The notes below the pieces were generated by a model. That model saw only the letters and a list, made by a program, of their open reading frames with translations, was not told the origin of the DNA and ran no database searches. The position numbers and the translations under genes were made by a program. A DNA stretch of 57,566 nucleotides from an uncultured virus (IMG/VR IMGVR_UViG_3300042197_001533) (lineage: Duplodnaviria > Heunggongvirae > Uroviricota > Caudoviricetes): IMG/VR virus record IMGVR_UViG_3300042197_001533. The stretch is one strand, 5' to 3'. Of this stretch, positions 22,938-34,910 are shown piece by piece (within the stretch, counting starts at the first letter, position 1; each line of letters starts with the position of its first letter).

Positions 22938-24894
22938 TGAATACAGACCGATTTCGTTTAGACACTTGGAACGGCCGGAACTGGATTGTTTCAAGCGGTT
23001 GGTTGACCAAAGATGAAGTGTTTGCGAAGCTTCTTCAATCTTCCAATGACGGGCGGATGTGTCGGATTGTTGAAAGTTGCATGCCATGATTAATAACAGT
23101 CACCAAATAGTTCACCGAGTTGCGGTCAATGGTGCCACCTGGTTCTTAAACCTTGACGATGATTTCGCTGACGGTGGAGAAAATTGGCACGGCAACTTGG
23201 AAGGTCTGCACGAACGTCTTGAGGAGATCTTCGGCCCAACGTGGAAAGAACGAGTCGAAATCCAGAAGTGGGAGTTGTCCGAGAAACGAATCGAGGCTTG
23301 ACTTCTTATCATTTCTGGGATAATCTAGTCCCACAATGAACAACGTGATTCCAGTCGTAACCCTCCGTGACCTCAACTACTCCAAAGTTCCGCAGGATGC
23401 CATCAACATCCCCGCCGGCACCCACTTGGAGATCTTCTTCAGCGAGAAGAACCACGCCAAGGCAGTCTTCGTCCACAACGGCATCCGCCGGGCCCTCTTG
23501 GTGTCTAACCTCCACGCGAGCGTGAAGGCGACCAATGGTGTCAAGTTTCGGAAGTCGCCGAGTCTGGCTGCTCTCGAACGTCAGTCGAACGATGGCGTCT
23601 GCACGACTGTCACTGGCCACCGCGTGGAGCCGGATGGCTTCGGTCCGGATGGTTCTCCGTCGTGGTTGTTGGTCATGGGCGTAATTTAACTCTCAACTCT
23701 ATGAAAGAATACAAACTCCTCAAGTCGTTGGATGTCAATGGTGTCCGTGTGAACGTCTTCGTTGACGGCACCATCAAAATTTACGGAAAGAACAAGGCTG
23801 CTTCCGACGTGATTATGCGTTACATGGAAGCCGAGGGAATCTTGGACAACATCTTCAATGCAGCGGATTTTAAGTGCAAACGAAACTAAATTATGAACCT
23901 AAGCACCTTCTTCAAGTCACGATTCAAGACCTATCGCGTCATCCTCCGTTCTGGAAACGAGTTCCGAATCTCCGCTTCGGATGTGAAGATTTCTTTCAAT
24001 TCCGCCAGCAACCAAATCACCAAGTATGAATTTGTGGAACCGAAGGGTGAGGTCCCTTTCCATTGTTCTCCGTTGGAGATTGTTGCGATTGTTCGTGTGA
24101 AGGCTTGACTTTCTATAAAAACCATCTACACTGGTTACACAATGAATCTAACGATTAACAAAGTCTCCCATCACCGTAACGGCGTCTGTGGCGTTCCGTT
24201 CACCGTCATTCTTTTCACCGACAATGAAATCGGTGGTGGACCAATGGTGGCCACAATTTCTGATGATGATACTCTGGCGTGTCACGTCTTGAACATCGGT
24301 GAGTTGAACCGAGGCAACATTGAGTTTGCGAACGGAAACAGCTGGCGGGGTGACCGTTATGCCGGACCTCTCCTTGAGTTGGTGGAATCTTTTGAGAAGC
24401 GGAATTGAATGAACGAGATTAACAAACTCGCTATTGGTGCTGCACTGGCGGCGTCCAACGATTCCGTTGTGGTTGATGACACACCGAAGCCGAAACTCAG
24501 CCAGATGCTCGCAGCTGCAGCAATGCTGTATGTCAACACGAGCAACATTGGTCCTCTCCCAGACTTTGGCGGTGGAAAATATGAACGCGGCACCCGACTT
24601 GGTTTGTGTAAAAAGGACGGAGAAGTGTTCACTGATTCTCGTGGTCGCAAATACGTCTATAAAAACGGAACAATCAAACGAGTCAAGTAAAATATGAAAA
24701 CTCTTACCGTGAATGGCCGCGAGGTTACTATCCATGACGACCTACGCATTTCAGTCAAATGTTCTGGTCAAGAAGAATACATTAAAATTGTGAAATACCT
24801 TCAAAAAGAGGGATTCATTAACATTGAAGATTACAAACCGAAATCTGAGTGAAGGCTTGACTTTCTATAAAATCTAGCCTATACTGTTCACACA

Positions 24895-25407
24895 ATGAAA
24901 ACAGCATCAATCAAACGCGGTTCAATCGTCACCAACGTCGTTCCCATCAAGGAATGCAACAACCTCAATCCCGTCGGCACCCTCGGCCAGGTCACTCGGG
25001 TTCTCCGCAAGAAGGGCCAGGTCGTGGTCAAGTTCCGTGATGGTTACGGTTACATCGTTCCACTGGAGAACGTTGCGTTGTCTCCGGTGAACAACCAGAA
25101 GGTGCCCAAGGTCGGTGATTTGTTCTGCTCCAGTTGGGGTTACGACCAGACCAACATTGATTTCTATCAGGTGACCGCTGCAATCAGCGCAAACACCGTC
25201 GAGGTCCGCCGTTGTGGTAGTAAGCAGACCGACTATCAGAACCTCAGCGGCCACGTCAAGGCGGACAAAGGCAACCTCCAAGGCGAGCCTAAGAAGCATC
25301 GGGTTCTTTACGATATGCAGGGTAACCCGTCGTTCAAGGTGGCTTCCTACGCTCGGGCCTGGCCAACGGACGAGAATGCTGAACACTTTTTCTCAGAATG
25401 GCATTGA
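24895..25407 (+). CDS. Hypothetical phage protein
   Basis: 170-aa ORF after a promoter; SSWGYDQTNIDFYQV motif. Confidence 0.7.
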   Translation: MKTASIKRGSIVTNVVPIKECNNLNPVGTLGQVTRVLRKKGQVVVKFRDGYGYIVPLENVALSPVNNQKVPKVGDLFCSSWGYDQTNIDFYQVTAAISANTVEVRRCGSKQTDYQNLSGHVKADKGNLQGEPKKHRVLYDMQGNPSFKVASYARAWPTDENAEHFFSEWH

Positions 25408-25440
25408 CATTTCGGTGAACACGGTTTAACCTCTATCTAC

Positions 25441-25743
25441 ATGAATCCTAGAAAATACCTCTTTACAAAACCAGAAGCAGTCGCAATGGTGGCAACTATT
25501 GCACTATCTCTCGTTCTCCTCGTCGGTTGCACAGAGAATCAACGGGCAAAGAGTTTCGGCGGCACGGCGAATGTTAATCTGCCTGCCAGTCAGAAGTTGG
25601 TCAATGTGACTTGGAAGAACGAACAGCTGTGGTTCCTCACCAAACCAATGGCAACCAACGACGTGGCAGAGACTTACACGTTCAAGGAGAATTCGAGTTT
25701 CGGTTTGGTTCAGGGAACGGTGGTCATCGTGGAGAAGAAATAA
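25441..25743 (+). CDS. Putative lipoprotein
   Basis: Hydrophobic signal ending in lipobox-like LLVGC. Confidence 0.65.
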   Translation: MNPRKYLFTKPEAVAMVATIALSLVLLVGCTENQRAKSFGGTANVNLPASQKLVNVTWKNEQLWFLTKPMATNDVAETYTFKENSSFGLVQGTVVIVEKK

Positions 25744-28700
25744 TTTTATGGAACCCATCTCTTGGCCGCAAGCATTTGTTTTAGTATCTCTCGTCATCGG
25801 CGCAACATTGGTTCTGTTGAACATGGGTGGCTGCAGGATGCCGTGGGAGAAGTAAAAGAGAACCTCGGACTATGGGAGTCTAACTCCTGAATTCATTGTC
25901 CCCGAAAAAGCACGGGGGTCCAGTTGCTTAAGAAAAGACCGGCGACTTAATTGTTGTCGGTTTCTTCTTTTCAAGGCTTGACTTCTTATCATTCTTGGGA
26001 TATTCTTTTAACACGATGAACGCACAACTTGACCCACAGAACGAAGCCCACGAACTGGCGAAGGAATCTTTCGAGGAACACGTCCGGCTCTCGCATGACG
26101 AATCGGAGGTTCCGGAATATCCTTCACAGGAAACCGACGTTGAGGCCCGGCGGGAGGAAAAGGAACTTCGTGAGGAAATGCACGGAGGCTGGCCCGGTGA
26201 TGGTTCCGGTGAGGATGACTTCGCGGACATGAATCAGAACGAAGCGATGGATTACTGCAACGAATAACTCTATGAACGAAATCAACTGGTCGGAAATTTA
26301 CGAAGGTGGGAAGTGTCCGGATTGTGGTGATGTTATTCCCACTGAGAAGCTTGGTGGTGACTCGTGCGACAACTGTGGTCACGTCTTCTTTACGTTCTCT
26401 GAATCGGAGGCTTGACTTTCGATAAAAATCCCATACACTTGTCCTACATGAAAACCATTCCATTGAAGACGGCACACGAGTTGATTGAGAACGCGGCGGC
26501 CATCATCGCCGACCACGACGCGCTCATGTATCCCTCGGTTTCTGAACTGACCGGAGAAGCTGATAACGAGTTTCTCTTTATCAGTTGGGTGGATGCTGAT
26601 GGTCTTGAATTTCAAATCCGAGCCAACGAAGGGGAGAATCAAACCGTCAGGGTCACTGACCAAGGCGACCTTCTATTGGTTGACTACGAGGGAAACGTGT
26701 TTGAAATCACCCTCCTCAAAATGGACGTGGTCCGAGTTGCTTAAGATTTTATGAAACGATCAGAACGTCTAACGTTAGTGTTGTTGTTGTGTGGAATAAG
26801 TTTTATCTTTTTTACGGCCGGGACAGCCGCCACAGCAAGCCGAATGAAACGTGAATCGCTTGCCGGTTACGTCGCTGAAGCGACCTACTCAACCAACGAG
26901 TTCGGAGAGGTTTCTATCAAGACCTTGGTTTGGGAAAAGAAGTAAATTATGAACAACACTAAAGTTGGAGAAACCGTCGCTATTGTTTTGGTCGTGACTA
27001 TGACCGTGATTGTTACGATGTGTTTGGCGGAAATTATGGTGGTGAAACGAATGTCCCGCCAATCCCTTGAAGGATACAAGGGGCACGCCATCTACAAAAC
27101 CAATTCGGTTGGCGAAGTCACGATTGACAAGTTGAGTTGGGAAAAGAAGTAAGGCTTGACTTCTTATCATTTCTGGGATATTCTATTCCCACAATGAACA
27201 CTACATCTGCCACCGAGTCGCTCGTCGAGTTCTACCATCTGCCTGGCCTTGGGGTCAAGGAGACTGCCACGCTTCTCCACACCGGCACCCACGACAGCTG
27301 CCATGAGATGTATTCCCATCTCCGTAAGGTCAACCTGGCCACAGGGGACACCGAGGGTTATCGTTACAGCATCCTCCCTACCGCAGAGGCTGGTCGTGTG
27401 GTGAAGGCGACCAATGAGGAGTCTGCCCGTGACCTCGCCGAGTGGCGTCATCGTGTGTATGGTGAGCCGTTGCCGGTTTAAGTTGTTGACTTATGAAGAC
27501 TTACATCGTGTTTGATGCAACCGGACGTGAACTCGCCCGCGTCAAGACGATAAGCCGTATAGGAGCTAAGAATAAAGCCAAGAAACTCTATGGTAAGTAT
27601 GTGTTTGTGACCTGCACCGAGATTTGATTTATGAACCAAGACCCGAACTTTGACGGCCACGAACAACGTGGGAACGACTCTGCCTTGACGCAGGCGGGCC
27701 TGATACTTCTCGGCATGGTCCTAACCGCAGTCATCGTGGTTACGGTGCTTGTGGACAATTCTGACGCTTCGTGGGAAACGAAGGCAGGCTGTGTTAGTGT
27801 CGCACTGACGGGGTTGGTCATTCTTCTCAGGTGGATAGATTGACGTTGACTTTCTTTAACCGCCGAGGTATTCTTTTACCACAATGAACACTAAACAGTT
27901 TGTCACCGACAAGAATCCGAACGGCCACCGAGCGAGAGTGTCGTATCACGATGCACAGCATGCGCTGCTGCATAACCTCACAGTCATCATCGGTGGCAAC
28001 GTCCGTCACTTCGCCATTCTCGACATTGGTTTAGGCGTCTATGAAGTCGGCCTCCAACCGAAAGATTGCTTTAACGGCACGACCCTTGTGAAGAATTTCA
28101 TCCCTGCGTTGAAGGAAGACGGCACCAGGATGTTCCCAGATATTTAACATGAAATCTCCTATCAAACTCCCCGCGATTTACCGTCCTTCGTCCGATAGCT
28201 TGGTTGAAGTTAATGGAATCACCTTCCGGATGGTGACGATGATTCAGCTTACATACGACGGCACATGGGAAGACGCAGGATTCTATCTTTACGTCGCAAA
28301 CGAGCTGTTCGCTCATTTCTGGGGATACCCGTCTAAGACACAAATCCTCTCGGCGTTTCAAACCTACATGGCAACCAAACCGTGTGATTACGGCATCAAG
28401 GCTAAAGATTTAATCAAATGAAAAGAACATTCAACTTTCGTTATTATCAAAATAAGTTTGGGGATTGGATTGCCGAACGCCAGTATTTGTTCTTCGGATT
28501 CATTCCTGTGTGGATGGATTACAAACAGTTTTCCCGACACGATTTCACTCCATGTGAAAACCGAGAAGTTTACGTCTTGAAGTTTATCTCGGACACCATT
28601 GATTACGAACGGAAGTTAATGGAACACAAAGTCTGTTACAGAACTGTGAACGAGAATTCTTTTAAGAAAAACAGTTGACTTTTTATCGAATCCGAGTTAA

Positions 28701-28866
28701 TCTCTTCCCGTAATGAACGACGGCGGCAGTCGATAACTGCCAGTGAGGCGATCAAACGCCAACGATTGGGGGACCGGAGAGAGCGCACATCCCTTTATCG
28801 TTATCTATCATTTCCATTAAATAAAGGCTTGAGGTCCGACCTTGTTGCTGATATTCTATTTCCACA

Positions 28867-29265
28867 ATGAACAACGACAAGAAACACCTCTTCAAGTATA
28901 TGAAGGTCACCCAGGCGCAGATTCGGTCATTCCTCAAGAAGCAGCTTTCCACGAATGAGGCGTGGGCCCTTCGGGCGCTCGTGAAGATTCACGAGTTCCA
29001 GACGATGGACGAGCAGGCCGCTGGTGTCACCCGCGAGGCGAATTCGGTCGGGTTCAGTGGGTGCGACGCAGAGTTTCTGACCAGCCTCACCCGCCAATAC
29101 CTGACTCGGGGTTCGCTTAGCCCGAAGCAGATGGGTTTCGTCTTCAAGAAGATGCCTCGTTACTGGGGACAAATCAAGGGGCTCATTCCGGCGGACCAGT
29201 TGGTTGCCTTGATTCTCGCTGACCGGGCCAAGGCAGCGACGCCTACGCCGCTGGTGACGGCTTAA
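28867..29265 (+). CDS. Hypothetical phage protein
   Basis: 132-aa ORF after a promoter. Confidence 0.7.
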   Translation: MNNDKKHLFKYMKVTQAQIRSFLKKQLSTNEAWALRALVKIHEFQTMDEQAAGVTREANSVGFSGCDAEFLTSLTRQYLTRGSLSPKQMGFVFKKMPRYWGQIKGLIPADQLVALILADRAKAATPTPLVTA

Positions 29266-29307
29266 GATTTTACTTGCTTTAACTGTTAATTAGATTAAAA
29301 TAAACCT

Positions 29308-30051
29308 ATGGAAATACTCGGCATCGACACTAACGCGAAAACCGTAAAAGGGTCAGAGTTTGGTTATTTGACCGGAATCTCATACCTTGCACCATCCGAC
29401 GAATCCGGAGTTGCAAACACTTGCCCGGACGCATCTTCGGGATGTAGGGAGGCGTGTCTGTTCACCGCTGGTCGCGGCGCGATGGATAACGTAAAGTCGG
29501 CTCGGGTCAACAAGACTTTGGCCTTTTTTAAGAATAAAAACGTCTGGATGAAGCAATTGGCCGTTGAGATTACCCGACTCATTAAAAAGGCAAAGAAAGA
29601 CGGCAAACTCCCCTGTATCCGTTTGAACGGCACGAGCGACCTTCCCTGGGAACGTGTGAAGTTGGATGGTAAGAACATCATGGAACACTTCCCGACCGTG
29701 CAGTTTTACGACTACACGAAGTCTATCAGCCGGATGAGGGATTTCCTTTCGGGTGGTTTGCCTTCAAATTACCATTTGACCTTCTCCCGTAGTGAAGACA
29801 ATGATGCGGATGTTAATGAAGTGCTTGCTAATGGAGGCAACGTCGCAGTGGTGTTCAGGGGTTCGCTTCCCGAGACGTTCAAGGGATTCAAGGTAGTTGA
29901 TGGGGATTTGACCGATCTCCGATTTGCGGACGAGAAGAACGTGGTGGTTGGCTTGACCCAGAAGGGCAAGGCTAAAAAAGACGAGTCTGGGTTCGTAGTG
30001 GAACCACTGGGGGTACCCCTCCCGAAGGAGGTTGACTTAATCGCAGTTTAG
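29308..30051 (+). CDS. GP88-family phage protein
   Basis: CPDASSGCREACL...GRG, IRLNGTSD, QFYDYTK, YHLTFS, VDGDLTDLRF. Confidence 0.8.
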   Translation: MEILGIDTNAKTVKGSEFGYLTGISYLAPSDESGVANTCPDASSGCREACLFTAGRGAMDNVKSARVNKTLAFFKNKNVWMKQLAVEITRLIKKAKKDGKLPCIRLNGTSDLPWERVKLDGKNIMEHFPTVQFYDYTKSISRMRDFLSGGLPSNYHLTFSRSEDNDADVNEVLANGGNVAVVFRGSLPETFKGFKVVDGDLTDLRFADEKNVVVGLTQKGKAKKDESGFVVEPLGVPLPKEVDLIAV

Positions 30052-30073
30052 AATATACTTATAGAAGATTGAT

Positions 30074-30149
30074 GCCCTCGTAGCTCAATTGGCAGAGCAC
30101 GGTTTTTGTAAAGCCGATGTTACAGGTTCAACTCCTGTCGAGGGCTCCA
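30074..30149 (+). tRNA. tRNA-Thr(UGU)
   Basis: Cloverleaf, CGGTT-TTTGTAA-AGCCG, CCA end. Confidence 0.95.
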
Positions 30150-30396
30150 GACTTTACTTTAACAGTTGAACGATAACGTAAGATATGAAAGCTAAGTTTC
30201 TAAAAGATACGTCAGTTGATATACTGGATGCTAACGACGAACTTTACAACAAGTTCTTTCGTAAGGATGATGAGGTCCAAGTCGCGGACGGTGACGATCA
30301 CCGCCTCGTGAGCCTCGGCAGCCAATTCGTCAACATCCTTTTAATGAACGGTGAACTTCTCCTTGACGTTCCCCGTAATAGTGTTATCATTCTTAA

Positions 30397-30684
30397 ATGA
30401 GTGCTAACAACATCCTTCAATTTCCTGGTGCAGCTGCACCGCAACCACGTCCTACCAGCATCACCCTCAAAGACACCGCGAGTGTAGAGTGTGATGAATG
30501 TAAAAATACCACCTTCAACGAGGCGATGATCATGCGTAAGGTCTCCCGACTCCTCACTGGAGCTCCAAAGGATTCTTATGTGCCCGTCCCTGTATTTCTT
30601 TGTTCAGCGTGCGGACATCTCAATGACGAGTTCCTCCCAGCGGAGTTGAAGTCTGGTCCGGCACCCAGTCTCGTCAAGGCCTAA
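30397..30684 (+). CDS. Zinc-ribbon protein
   Basis: CDECKN...CSACGH. Confidence 0.65.
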   Translation: MSANNILQFPGAAAPQPRPTSITLKDTASVECDECKNTTFNEAMIMRKVSRLLTGAPKDSYVPVPVFLCSACGHLNDEFLPAELKSGPAPSLVKA

Positions 30685-31480
30685 GGTCTGGTGGTACCCC
30701 TCCCAGACGGGGTGTTTATGACAATCTCTTTAACGGATTCTTTTCAAAGAAAAACCGAGTTAAGTTCTCGGAAAGAAATGGAATTTCTTATCCGTAATGC
30801 TCCAGAGATGGGATATGTAGAGAGGATTTTTTCTGATTTGTATGTCCAAACTGGACTGGATGAATCAGTTCCTTCCACCAGAGATTTTGTTGGGCAAGAG
30901 AAACGTATGTTGGAAGAGATGTGACAATCGAACTTAAAACCTACGAGGCGACCGCTGCTGAAGTGTTTGATTTAACTTATTGGTCCTGCGAACACTCAAT
31001 TGAAGTCAAAGATTTCATTGACACCCTTATGCCAGACACCGATAACACGTTCAGCACAAGACACTTCTGCGGAGATCCTTTCGCAGAAATTATCGAAGAA
31101 TTATTTATTTGACTTCTTCTAAGACCTGCGGTATTATATTAACAATGAAAACACACTTCACCATGACGGTTGCAGAAGCTGAACATCGTCTCGCCGGGCT
31201 GATGTTCGACGAACTCCCGTATTCCGACAACGAGATTTCGGTCAAGATTAATGTCCCCGAGGTTGGCAGCGATAACCTTCCCATCGGCCAGGTGTCCAAG
31301 ATTGCGTTGATTAAGTTGGTCCGCACTCTGGCTGAAGACGTTCTTCAGAACCGTGTGAAGGTGACGACCCGTGAAGCAGGAAACTCATACGCCGGAGAGA
31401 AGTATTTCGGTCTGGGTGACGCGAAGGAATACGTTGAGAAGTATCTCAAAGCCAATTCTCCACAGGTTTAATTTTACAAT

Positions 31481-31566
31481 GGGCACGTGGCGTAATGGCA
31501 GCCGCATCGGACTTAAAATCCGCTGGTAGTGATACCGTGTCGGTTCGAGTCCGACCGTGCCCACCA
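31481..31566 (+). tRNA. tRNA-Leu(UAA)
   Basis: Anticodon loop CTTAAAA, long variable arm, CCA. Confidence 0.95.
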
Positions 31567-31799
31567 CTTTATGAACAGATTCGATTACGATGGCCAGGCT
31601 GACCTAAACCGTTACCGGCTTCATTCACGATACGGGTCCACGTTCATCACTCTCTGTGACCGACAGATTGTTGACTCGGTTGACCATTACAATAGTCCCG
31701 ACATCTGGATTCAGAACCGAAACGAACTTCATACCACTTTGTCGGATTTGAGTCGGTTTTGGGCATTTCATCGGAACACAGTTGGCACCAGACACTAAC

Positions 31800-32042
31800 A
31801 TGATCCTAGCTGCTGCAATCCTCAAAGATGGTGTGATTTACACGGGCAAACGTCACTGTAACATCATCCGAGATACACCTAAACACCTTCGGGTGGGCAA
31901 AGGACCGCACGTTCAGGGTTTCGTTGACCACGAGGGTAATTTTTTAAATCGGGAGGAGGGGGCTAAGCACGCTAAACTCTGGGGGCAGATAGAGAAACTC
32001 AAGTTCAATTCAAAAGAACTATTTAGCGAAGATTTGTGGTAA
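31800..32042 (+). CDS. Conserved-type hypothetical phage protein
   Basis: AAAI..GKRH..QGFVD..FLNR..ELFSEDLW. Confidence 0.65.
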   Translation: MILAAAILKDGVIYTGKRHCNIIRDTPKHLRVGKGPHVQGFVDHEGNFLNREEGAKHAKLWGQIEKLKFNSKELFSEDLW

Positions 32043-32640
32043 GGCTTGACGATAAAAACTTTTAGTGTAAGATTAGAACCGTTAGAGAAACAACAAATAA
32101 AACAATACAATGAACCGAGTCCATTCGCTCCGCAAGTCAGGCAACAAGGTTAGTGTTACGCACCGTCGTCGTTACTTCGACCCCGTGAATCGTCGCTGGT
32201 CGGTGCTTTCACGTTACGAGCGTGCTCTCGCTCCTCTCCCCGATTTCGTCACCGCTGACGTTCGTGGTGGTGAGACGGAGGTTTCGCTTCGCACGAAGGA
32301 GGGCCGTGAGCTGACTGCTGTGGCGAAGTGTTCAAAGAAGGACATCTACGTGCGGTCGGTGGGATTGAATACTGCCTTGGATGGTCTGGTGTTCGAGGCG
32401 ACCAAGCCTACGGTCGTCATCTCTCAGTTTGTTACTGACCCGTGTGCATACACTCAGATGACTATCAATTTGGCTCCCGAGACAGCCGCAGGTAAGTAAG
32501 TTCTCGGTTGGAAGGAAATCCAATCAAAACCAATTAGATAATACATAATAGAAAAGTTCGTGAGCAGCTATAAAAGCTCTCTGGTGGAGGCGGTGAAAAG
32601 GAGCAGCAGCAATGTTGCTCCTTTTCCATGTCCACGGACA

Positions 32641-32666
32641 CAAAAAAACCGACTTCAAGAGTCGGT
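32641..32666 (-). terminator. Intrinsic terminator ending the tRNA array
   Basis: ACCGACT-CTTGA-AGTCGGT followed by a U run on the - strand. Confidence 0.8.
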
Positions 32667-32671
32667 GAATC

Positions 32672-32745
32672 TGGAGCCCGAGGTTGGAGTCGAACCAACG
32701 TATCTTGTTTACGAAACAAGAGTAATACCGTTATACGACTCGGGC
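32672..32745 (-). tRNA. tRNA-Thr(CGU)
   Basis: CTTGT-TTCGTAA-ACAAG, CCA. Confidence 0.9.
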
Positions 32746-32750
32746 GAAAC

Positions 32751-32824
32751 GGAGCTCCTTATTGGAATCGAACCAATGTTCCCGCATTACCAATGCGGAG
32801 TAATAGCCATTATACTAAAGGAGC
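32751..32824 (-). tRNA. tRNA-Thr(GGU)
   Basis: CCGCA-TTGGTAA-TGCGG. Confidence 0.9.
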
Positions 32825-32830
32825 AGACTG

Positions 32831-32906
32831 CTACGGTTGGCGGGCTCGAACCACCGACTCCGGCATTTATACGTCGCCGGCTATGTTACCGCTACACCAA
32901 ACCGTA
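32831..32906 (-). ncRNA. tRNA-like RNA with 11-nt anticodon loop
   Basis: TACGGTT/AACCGTA acceptor, normal D and T arms, CCGGC-GACGTATAAAT-GCCGG. Confidence 0.7.
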
Positions 32907-32914
32907 AGAAAATT

Positions 32915-32992
32915 GATGCGGATTTCACGCGGCCCCACGGGCCGTTTTGTTGTTCCCATCTGGGGGTACCTCCCAGTCAGGTCTATCGCATT
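32915..32992 (-). ncRNA. GAUAGAY..GUGAAAUCC motif RNA, copy 2
   Basis: ATGCG-ATAGACCTGA..two hairpins..GTGAAATC-CGCAT. Confidence 0.6.
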
Positions 32993-33022
32993 CTTGTGAA
33001 CTTAGTTACTACATTTGCAACA

Positions 33023-33093
33023 TTAATCGTATGGAATCGAACCATATCCTTTAGGCCTAGCTGGCCTCTGTGCATCCACTACACCACAATCAA
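33023..33093 (-). pseudogene. Atypical tRNA (loop CAGCUAG; nominal GCU, A33, no Ser variable arm)
   Basis: TTGATTG/CGATTAA, GAGGC-CAGCTAG-GCCTA, TATGG-TTCGATT-CCATA. Confidence 0.6.
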
Positions 33094-33120
33094 TGTCACA
33101 ACCTTCTTCTCATCACAAAC

Positions 33121-33196
33121 TGGTAGGTCCGTAGGGATTTGAACCCTAAACACGACGTTCGAAGCGTCGGATGATATCCAGTTTCACCACGAACCC
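33121..33196 (-). tRNA. tRNA-Arg(UCG)
   Basis: CGACG-CTTCGAA-CGTCG, CCA. Confidence 0.92.
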
Positions 33197-33599
33197 ATTA
33201 AATCAAATCCAGAAGGTATGAATGTCTTTGTCCTCATCGTGAGTGACCTGAACACTACCAAACTTAAATTCATTACCGTTCTCTTCCACCTGTCGGGCAA
33301 ACTCTGACACCGAACCGAAGATTTCTTCGATCAGATTCTCGTTTGTGCAGTTTCCCAATCTATCCATGTTTTTCATAAAATCAATTTCCGCCCATCAACT
33401 GAGCAAGTTCGTGTTGCCAAATGTGTTCCGCTTGTTTTACTTTCTGCGGTTCACCTTTATCGTTCACCCAGATGTGGGTCCAAACAATCATACTCACCGT
33501 TCCACCGTCAATCTTTCCGGTGCCCTTTAAGTAAGTATCTTCATTGCCAGTGATAATCACGGGTACAATTTACCACGATTTTTTATATTGTCAAGGGGA

Positions 33600-33675
33600 T
33601 GGTTGCAGCCGTGGGAGTCGAACCCACCTATTCTGTCTTATGAGGACAGCGCCTAATCCGCTCAGCCAGACTGCA
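33600..33675 (-). tRNA. tRNA(CAU), Met or Ile2
   Basis: CTGTC-CTCATAA-GACAG, CCA. Confidence 0.88.
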
Positions 33676-33734
33676 ATGAAATGTTACGGGAAGACTTATG
33701 CCGTAGCTGCTCCTTGAGGCCACCGTATTGGCAC

Positions 33735-33815
33735 TGGTTGGCCCGACCAGCACTCGTCCTGGCTCTCTTCCGCTTATGAGGCGGGCGCTTATACAAAGAT
33801 TTAAGCTTCGGGCCA
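33735..33815 (-). tRNA. tRNA(CAU) with atypical T-loop
   Basis: CCCGC-CTCATAA-GCGGA; T-loop GACGAGTG; CCA. Confidence 0.75.
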
Positions 33816-34342
33816 ATTCAAATCAAAGTTTCTCAATCTTCAAATCCGTCGGAGGATACACCTTCGAGATAAGTGTGACCTTTCCAACGAAAAACGGGCC
33901 AGACTCTTCGCCGTCGGCCTTGTAAATACGTCGAATGTCATTCAACGCACTATTTTCCTCCCGGTAAAAACACGGCGTGTCACTTGTCGAACCGTTTTCA
34001 TCGGTGATCTCGTGGTCTTCGTTGAGAATGACGTAAGGGAATTCCATTTTGTCTGAGTTCATAGGAGACAATCTTACACCACTTCTTTTAGATTACAAGC
34101 CCCTTCTTCTTCAAAGTGCGCTTGAAAACGGTTGCATCACCAATCTCGTTCCAACTTGATTTCCGACCAAGAATGTGTCGGATGGCGTTGAGTGCGTCGA
34201 AGTTGGTCAAACTCTTGCCCTTTGTTCCACCGGGAATAGAATCAGCGGTGTCAAGGACTTTGTTGATGGTTTCTACAAGTTCAGCGGGATGTTTCATGTA
34301 GGACAACTCTACCACTTTTTATCGAATTGTCAACCGATTTTC

Positions 34343-34433
34343 TGTAGTCCTATCCAGAATCGAACTGGCCAGTACCCCAATCTAGGGATTATACGTGTTA
34401 TAAGCACGCCCATGCACCTTACATCTTAGGACC
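34343..34433 (-). tRNA. tRNA(UAU), nominal Ile, with long variable arm
   Basis: GCGTG-CTTATAA-CACGT; V-arm ATCCC-TAGATT-GGGGT. Confidence 0.75.
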
Positions 34434-34835
34434 ATTCTAAATTAAAATTCTGTAAGTGAAGTCTTTCATCGGCCATGCACCGCTGGTCAACCAATACTTT
34501 CGGTTTTTCCAATCACCGACATCTCCACTCAACTGTTTAAGGATACTATCAATCTGAGGTTTGTCAATGTTGATTGTATTGACGTAAATCTTTCCTTGGC
34601 GGTTTCTCACCTTGACCATGAAAGCACCTGAGATTTCAGTGCAGTCAACCATTGACACGATGCGTTTACGGAGTTCTTCGGTGGTCATTTGAATTAAATA
34701 GAGTAAGATTGGTAAATTGACGCCACATCCATTTTCTTGCGGTATTCATCTTTGTAGAGAGTGTCGGGAGCCAGTTTATAAAGCTCATACCAATAACACC
34801 ACTCCAAGTAATACCAATATCTTTTTTTCATAAAA

Positions 34836-34910
34836 TGGTTGTCATGGGGAATTTTGAAATCCCGGCCCTTCCCTTATCAAGAGAACGCTCTGCCTCTGAG
34901 CTACATGACA
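34836..34910 (-). tRNA. tRNA-Ile(GAU)
   Basis: TTCTC-TTGATAA-GGGAA, CCA. Confidence 0.88.

Larger units (their letters stand above)
978..32075 (+). promoter_or_regulatory. Family of roughly 50 near-identical sigma70-type early promoters (GG[C/T]TTGACTTTCTATAAAA..TA[T/C/A]ACT..CACAATG; second class TTGACTTCTTATC..TATTCT)
   Basis: Read directly, e.g. at about 978, 1275, 1747, 2318, 3095, 4057, 4789, 5177, 6978, 8497, 9013, 12376, 15799, 21227, 23298, 24104, 24857, 26412; count approximate. Confidence 0.92.

Noticed and set aside
978..32075. Repeated TTGACTTTCTATAAAA words as a CRISPR array or integron attC sites
   Set aside because: Spacing is irregular and gene-sized, the repeats are -35/-10 promoters without attC palindromes, and no cas or integrase gene is present.
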